This document shows positions 56,480-64,000 of a stretch of 64,000 nucleotides of DNA, piece after piece; the first letter of the stretch is position 1; every line of letters begins with the position of its first letter. The stretch comes from Eledone cirrhosa (taxonomy: Eukaryota). The notes below the pieces were generated by a model. That model ran no database searches, had not been told where the DNA came from, and was given only the letters and a program-made list of their open reading frames with translations. A program made the position numbers and the translations under genes. The stretch lies in contig OZ024740.1 of NCBI GenBank assembly GCA_964016885.1, forward strand, positions 330,026,001 to 330,090,000, read 5' to 3'.

Positions 56480-57060
56480 TGCGGAGTTGAACGGTGCACT
56501 ACCTGCCATCTCTGGTGATCATGGACGTGAGTTGGGTTGTGTCAAAATGTCTTTCCCCTCCACTCACGTACGTTGTCTGCTCACTGCTTCCTCTATCTGC
56601 CCTGCCCTCTCTTTCCGCGCACTGTTTCTTTGAGAATATTTTTGGAACATCCATCGGATCTTGTTACATGCCCATACCACTTCTGCTTACCCTTCTTCTC
56701 CTTAGTCAGCATATTTTCAAAGTGCCTCAGATACTGGGTGATTTTTGTGGACCCCCTCGCTCTATGTAGAAGATTCTCAGGTTTCTTCAATAGCATCTCA
56801 TCTCTACTCGTCGGATCTTTAATATTATTCCGGGTCATGGTCTATACCTCGCATGCGTACAGAACGATGGATAGAACGCAGGGTTTTATGTTGCATCTGA
56901 GAGTGATGTTTTTGCTCTCCAGCGAGGTTTCAGCTTAGCATGTGATCTGGCTGTTACAGCACTCCTTGGATGGACAAACGGTTTGACACCACTTGTCTGA
57001 TGATGACCCTATGTTACTTGAACAGCGTCACAATCTCCAGCTCTTGATCACTGACTCTAA
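56480..57060 (-). mobile_element. RTE-like LINE 3' fragment
   Basis: KWYGHVTRSDGCSKNILKETVRGKRGQGR. Confidence 0.7.
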
Positions 57061-57264
57061 TCGTTTTATAAATAATAAGATGCTGATATCAGTCATTTAA
57101 CATGACATACGCTTTTTCACTGATTATCTATTTATAAGATTTGCTTTTCCATTAACAGTTTAATTCTAGGCTAATTGTATTAAGAAAGGAACGATCGACT
57201 TTTGTCAAATCGGACCGAGGGAACAATGTTTCCGTTGGTCTTTCCAATTGCTAATACTATCTAT

Positions 57265-57385
57265 CGGTCGCAACGTGAAATAAAGTGTCTTGCTCAAGGA
57301 GATAACGCATCGCCTGGTCCAGGAATCGAACTCACAACCTTACGATTGCGAATTCAATTCCCTGACAACTCCGCCACACACCTTC
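57265..57385 (-). mobile_element. tRNA-derived SINE, second family
   Basis: Minus strand: tggcggagttg..gagttcgattcctgg..tccttgagcaagacacttt. Confidence 0.75.
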
Positions 57386-58362
57386 ACAATTGTAATAAAG
57401 GTGACATTTTATCAAACATTGTCAAGCCATAGGCTTCTTGCAATGTAAGTTTTGAAACACCGGATTTATATTTTTGTTATTGAGTTTGGGTGCGATTAGG
57501 GGAACATTAGCTGATTTTGTAAATTACTGGACAAGTGTTTTAAATTCCACATAAGCACATGAAGAATTTCCTGAGAGAATGCAATCTGAAATATTAAACA
57601 TTTTAAAAGAAATGTTGTGCAACATCCATATTTCTAGTGTCATCAATAATTCGATGAGTCTGCATCATATATTATATATTTGTCATTCAAATAATAATAC
57701 AGTGTTACTGGCTACGTGTGGCTATATTTCAAACTACTCTACTTCAAAGGAGATTAATTAAGGTTTTAGAAATCAATTTCTCATATACCATCCAGCTTTT
57801 GTGTAAATTTACGGAAGTTAATTTATCACAGGAAATATCACAATTGAGATTTACTGATTTAAAATTACAATGGCAAACGTAACCATATAAAATTCGAATA
57901 TTTCATATTCTCTTTACAGCCACCACGATATTGACGTCGGTGATATTTTTTAATTCAGTAAACTGATTTTCGTTATTCCTGCTATGGCCAACTTTGAACT
58001 ATATTTCATTTGTTCATTTTATTAGCAATAAGTACCAACGATAAAGGAGTCATTATTTTATATATGCTTTCATCTATTTCCGTTTGTTTACGACCGGATA
58101 AATCGATGTTTAGTCTATTTTATGTGAACCATACAACTGATATATCGATTTTGCTATATAGGTAGTAGTCCTTTTTAATAAGATTAGGTTTCTCTGCTAC
58201 TATTTACACGACTCACTTGATATCTTTAATCTACATTAATATGATATGATTGTTCTTTTAATACAAAACAAAGCAAAGAGATGCAATACACCTATGTGTT
58301 CCACATATCTTTTTGTCCTAAAAGTGGTAAATAAATAACAACACACACAAAACACACACACG

Positions 58363-58374
<12 letters not shown>

Positions 58375-58455
<81 letters not shown>
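58375..58455. repeat. (TA)n microsatellite
   Basis: Visible run. Confidence 0.95.
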
Positions 58456-58457
<2 letters not shown>

Positions 58458-58949
58458 TAGTATACAAAAAATTGTATATATGTGTATTCTTGTTTATGGG
58501 AATGCGACTGAGTATATGTAGTTTGTGCGTGCTTATAATTACATGCTTCTTGTAGGGCACGTGATTTTAAAGAAATAGCATGGTAATCGGCAAACCTAGG
58601 TGTATTAAAATTGTTAGACACTAAAACAAACAGATTGTATATTGGCTTCTCTGTTCCGTATTCCTTGTGGTTGATTACATGTTATACATATCTTCTGGTG
58701 AAAAACTAAATTGCGTTCGCAAATTGATTAAAGATATTTATCATTCTTGTCTTGTGTTTAAATTTAGTGGGAATTATATAGGTTTTTGACATGTTTACAC
58801 ATGTATATAGTCAATGTGTGAATTAGTGTACATTTACCTATTTATAACCACCATTCTACGTTATAAATATACACATAGGAATTTATCATAGATATATAAG
58901 ATACAGTCCTTTTTCAGCTTTTGTTTATAAACAGCGGAGAATATAAAAT

Positions 58950-59160
58950 TAGATAATGAAAATAGGGCCTCTGTTGTATTATTGACTAAGTAAATGGTCC
59001 TAATATTTTGGAGTTATAAAAACCCACAGAAATAAAAAAAGGAATGAGCATTGACGTACATGAGACACGAACCCACATCTCTGGCTACCATTCTATTGTG
59101 TTACCATTACACCAATACGCCACTCACACCTTTTTCATTAAATTTGAAGCTATATAATTA
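58950..59160 (-). mobile_element. tRNA-headed repeat (family of 60457-60925)
   Basis: Homologous to 60480-60680. Confidence 0.7.
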
Positions 59161-59199
59161 TAGCGTTCTTGTGACGCTAAACTCCGCCAGTTGCATACT

Positions 59200-59590
59200 G
59201 CGCATTAATTTGAGATATCTCTCTCTCTACAAAGTTCGATCACCAGCAGCAGATTTCAAACAGCAAAGATCAAGTCCAGTCCATAAGTTGACATTGTCAA
59301 GCCATTGTTTTGGCCTCTGCTTCTCTTACCAGTCAACCTTCCTTCTAGGCATAACCTACTCACACCACCAGTTAATCGTTTTATATGACCGGATAGTTTG
59401 AGTACTCTTGACTTGACAATATATGTAATTGGTCTAAGTTTGGTAATGTTGAGCAACTCACAGATACAGATACGGTTGCTGAGTCGCTTGCCAGTCAAAA
59501 GTCTATGATGTGGTTCTGGAATGTAGAGAGCTTCTGATGTTACCTTGTCGTCCAATTAACACAGTGAAGACCATATAACACATCTGGTAG
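59200..59590 (-). mobile_element. RTE-like LINE 3' fragment
   Basis: SRVLKLSGHIKR..LEGRLTGKRSRGQ. Confidence 0.6.
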
Positions 59591-60456
59591 GATTTAAGTA
59601 TCAAAGATCTAAGCCTTCAAATCATAGCGTTTCCATTGATTTTTATAACTCCCAATCATTAGGCTAATGTACTTAGTCAATCATACAACGGAGGCACTAT
59701 TTTCACTATCTAATTTCAAATTCTCCGCTTTTTGTTAACAAAAGCTTAAAAAACTTTGTATCTTATATATATATATATAGATATATATACTATATCCAAA
59801 ATTAAGATAAATTAAATGAATTTAATCCAAATCGAAATTGTGGGTGTCATGCCATAACGGCGTGCGCCATATAGCCTGGAAATAAGCTCAAAGATATATC
59901 CGAGCATTTTATAATAACTAGAAATTGATTAACATATAAATATACATGAATAATCACAGGAGATAATTTTTACAAGCGTGTAACCACGCATAGCTAGTTT
60001 GGGTAATAATTAAGTTTATACCTTTAAGTATGATTAACCTTCCTTCTATATATCCCATTAAAGAAATATATTTCACCAATTAATCAGATCGTAGGTCACG
60101 GAAAGTGGATATTATAGGATTGTCAACAAGGAAGAATTTATGTCCAGCTATCCATGCTCACACAACGAGTTCAAATCCTCATCTGGCCGCTACCACGTGT
60201 TGTGTCTACACATCACAGCAGCTTCGTTTCAGTGGCCTGAATAGTTATTCGACAACTAGAAATAGCAGTCAAATTCCCTTCAACAGAAATAGCTCTACAA
60301 TTAAGGATCCGTATATATATATCTATATCCAAAATGAAGATAAATTAAATGAATTTAATCCAAATCGAAATTGTGGGTGTCACGCCATATCGCCTGGAAT
60401 TATCTCCTGTGATTATTCATGTATATTTATTTGTTAATCAATTTCTAGTTATATAT

Positions 60457-60925
60457 ATAGATATAGATATGTATTAGATAGTGAAAATAGTGCCTCCGCT
60501 GTATTATTGACTAAGTAAATTAGCCTAATAATTTGGAGTTATAAAACACCACAGATATTGGAAAGATGAATGAGCTTTGACGTACATGGGTCACGAACCC
60601 ACATCCCTGGCTACTGTGGCCATTTTGCTGCCATTACACCAATACGACACTCACACATATTTCCATTAAATTTGAATTATATATATATATATATTCATAC
60701 GTTATAATTCAAATTTAATGGAAACATGTGAGTGGCGTATTGGTGTAATGGCAACAAAATGGCCATAGTAGCAAGAGATGTGGGTTCGCGTCCCATGTGC
60801 GTCAATGCTCATTCATTTTTCCATTTCTGTGGTGTTTTATAACTCCAAATTATTAGGCTAATTTACTTAGTAAATGATACAACGGAAGCACACTTTTCAC
60901 TATCTAATACATATCTATCTCTCTA
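60457..60925. mobile_element. Head-to-head inverted dimer of a tRNA-headed repeat, with (TA)n at the centre and both ends
   Basis: Arms 60457-60680 and 60702-60925. tRNA-like head at 60734-60804 (TGGTGTAATGG, GGGTTCG..CCC, ggcgtat/gtgcgtc stem). Confidence 0.75.
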
Positions 60926-62986
60926 TATATATATACATATATATATATATAATTACAAATAATGAGAGAGCGGAAGTATGTGGTGCTGGATTAGAGGAGT
61001 CCACTATTCATGAGAGTAGCATGAAATAGCACGAAAAATATATTTTAGGGTCTGTTTTTCTTTTTTGTTTCCCTTACTTTGTATCGTCAAAGTAACATTA
61101 CTGAAAACATGAGAGGGAGAATTCTTTTAAAAAGGAATTTGATAATGTATATAAAGCATTACCGGTGTCGATGTGTTAGTAAAATTAATCTTATCAAATG
61201 TTGAGTATTACAATTAAAAAGAATTAATAAGAATTAAAAACCAAACATAACGATTTAAAATTAAGAGGTAAGTTATTTTCATCTTTTCTTGTTTATCATC
61301 CGTGTTGACTCTTTATTTATTTTTTTTATTAATATGCAAATATTACAATAATCGAATGAAATTATGAAATTTAAATCGAATTTACGCTTGGTTGATAGTT
61401 ACGTTATATAGCTTTTTTTGTGAGTATTTCTGATGATAGTATACTTGTCAAAATATTTATAAAGGTGTCTTTGGTTCATGATATTGATAACTTCTATATA
61501 AGCAAACGTTTGTGTCAAACGCCCCTGCCTCTATTATAAATCTTATATATTTTCCGAATATATTTTTAATATTACTAGTTCAGATTTATAATTAGTTTGT
61601 GTTTAGGCATACACTCAGGGTGGATACATTTGCTTCATCACCAACTCCGTTAGTTATATATTATATGTTAGAAACTACCCCAGTAAATACTGCTTAGACT
61701 ATTGCGTATATAGCAACATGATGTATTTTAAATATTCCATTTCGACGAACTACTGACAGAGAAAATACTAGTAAGTTTATAAAATATTATTTCTTCTTTT
61801 AAATTGAATATTTTTTATGCAATTCTATCCAGGTTTCAGTAAATTACAACATGTAAAACTAAAATCCCGAATGGGAAATAAATAGAGACATGAATATTTC
61901 ATTTAAATTTCCTTAATATACTCAACGACATAAATGAACTGGAGTTTAAAAACTAGCATCAAGCAGGCATGTAAAAACTATCATCGAGAAATAAATAAAA
62001 TTCCAAGTAATATTCATTCACTAAAATATTGCAAAACCTAAATATATATATATTTTTTTCATTTTGACCAAATTTCCTATAAATCAAAATCTATATTGAT
62101 TGCAATAGAAATGTTCATGTAATATATAAAAGTATAATTAAAATATTGACAGGTATGACAAGAAAACAGTAATGGACTTTGGGCAATATTTTGCTTGAAA
62201 TTTCATCTGTTTCCATTATGTTACAACGTACTTTCCTTACAATGCATAAAATTGGGCATGTATAAAAAGAATATTTGATATCCATTGTAAAACAATATAC
62301 AATATTAAAAAACCAGCATGTAATGTTCTTAAAAGATACAAGGACGTATAAAATTTGACAGCCAGAGGAAATGCTTTAAAACATTGAAGAAATAACTAAA
62401 GTAAAAACTTATTTCAATTATGAGAAATTCTATGTTACAAGTTATGAAAGCAAATACAAACGTTTCATGTATATATATAAATAATATATATATATAGATA
62501 AAATATAAATATTCGTTTGAATCTACCAATTTTCGAAATCTTTATGTAAATTTGAAATGAAGTTATTGTGCAAATGTATATATGTATATTGAAAGAGTCA
62601 AAAAGCAATTTTGAATACTGTTTGAGTTTACACACATTCACTTGTAAAAAGAAAGACAGGATATATATATTTTCAAAGAAATCTAGAAACAAAGAATGTT
62701 CTGGGTGTAGAAAGAATCATTACACAAATGGGCAGAAAACATATGTTGCTTTATACTGAGTCAATAACAAATGGAAATTAAAAATGATTTCGACTTGCAA
62801 TTAAATTTCTTCATTCTTTATTGGATACCCATGGAATTAAAAATTGAATGTCCAGATAAAGGGCAAGTTTCTTGTTGTATTTAACAAACGTCTATGGTTA
62901 TTACGGGGATTCAGTCATTTAAGTACCAGTATACATATTTATATCTCTATATATCTCTATATATCTATTGATCTATCAATCTCTCA

Positions 62987-63021
<35 letters not shown>

Positions 63022-64000
63022 ATTCAAGAAAGAAGAGTGACATTGTTCACTATGCAAGAAGGGCTTTATTTCACATTGCTGATAATTGTTTCTTTGATCT
63101 GGTAGGTCTAGAGTTCGCTCCCCGCCTGATTTTGCGTCAATTGATCTCCAATAGTTTGTTTTTTAACCAGTCGTTTTCATCAGAGCACGCGAAAGTGAAG
63201 AAGATACACAAGGCATGTCTTTTATATAGGAGTGGTATTAAACCAGAACAATAATATCAATAATAACATAAAATAACTAGATAGTACATTGTTAAAATAA
63301 TAACATCAATATAAGTAAGAAATAGAGTATAATGATGAATCTAGCATGTTAAACGAAATGATATAATGCACAGATGTATGAAATTGACATGTGAAAACTG
63401 CTATAGGGTACATTAGAGATAGTGTTAAGGTGGCGAAGAGGTAACAGTAACAACTAAAATGTACTTGGAGTCAGGATTAATGAGGTATCTGCTTTACCTT
63501 AGGTATGCTGGCAATAAACTGGAGATTTACTTATTTTTTGACAGATAAACATTTTCGTTGTATTAATTTAGTGAGAATGATAGTTTTTATGTGGTGTTAA
63601 GTGGAGTTGTAGATTCCTCATTTAAGTGGTCTATACTAAAGGTAGGGATTGTTAGTTCGGATCATGGGGGTTTAGTTTTCACAGCGTCAGTAACAAATCG
63701 TGTATAAATAAGGCAATAATAACAACAATAATAGAGACAATAAAGGTAATAAAATAGTAAAATATGCATGGTATATATAGAGAACATGATAAATAATATT
63801 ATTGATACATTGAGATGTTCATAATAATAATAAGAGGAAAAGAAGATTTCAAGGAGTGTAGGAGTAATAAGATAATGTACTTAGAATTAAGTTCATCTGT
63901 TAGAGATCATGAGTGTTAATGTGAGATATAATTGTTTGGTCCGAGGTGTGAGCAACAGCAAAGATGGGATTGATTTATGGGCTGATACGATAGTTGTAGA

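Noticed and set aside
60734-60804. Functional tRNA gene
   Set aside because: The anticodon arm and T-loop are irregular, the copies diverge from each other, and it is embedded in a repeat.
63380-64000. Possible very old L2-like remnant on the minus strand
   Set aside because: Only vague similarity, with multiple stops.

Overview
AT-rich, microsatellite-dense animal DNA with no recognisable host gene exon. The SINE and LINE content resembles octopus/cephalopod DNA, but that is an inference. Almost everything interpretable is transposon-derived: a Penelope-like GIY-YIG remnant, a decayed near-full-length RTE LINE plus fragments, a CRE-like endonuclease fragment, two decayed RepHel Helitrons (one internally inverted) with a non-autonomous copy, and many tRNA-derived SINEs. 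The most striking structure is a 5.4-kb array (2786-8237) of near-identical 310-bp units. Each unit carries a type I hammerhead ribozyme (HHR). The units form two head-to-head arms (8 and about 9.5 units), and both arms end in (TA)n. A diverged relative of this array (25176-26358) has the same geometry and homologous end points, but a different hammerhead with a U3-A8 core. At least five further HHR families in the window occur next to (TA)n, most as foldbacks. Together they suggest a (TA)n-targeted, ribozyme-bearing, probably Penelope-mobilised retrozyme system that inserts by priming from both target strands. All HHR calls come from manual base-pairing; none has been tested computationally or experimentally.
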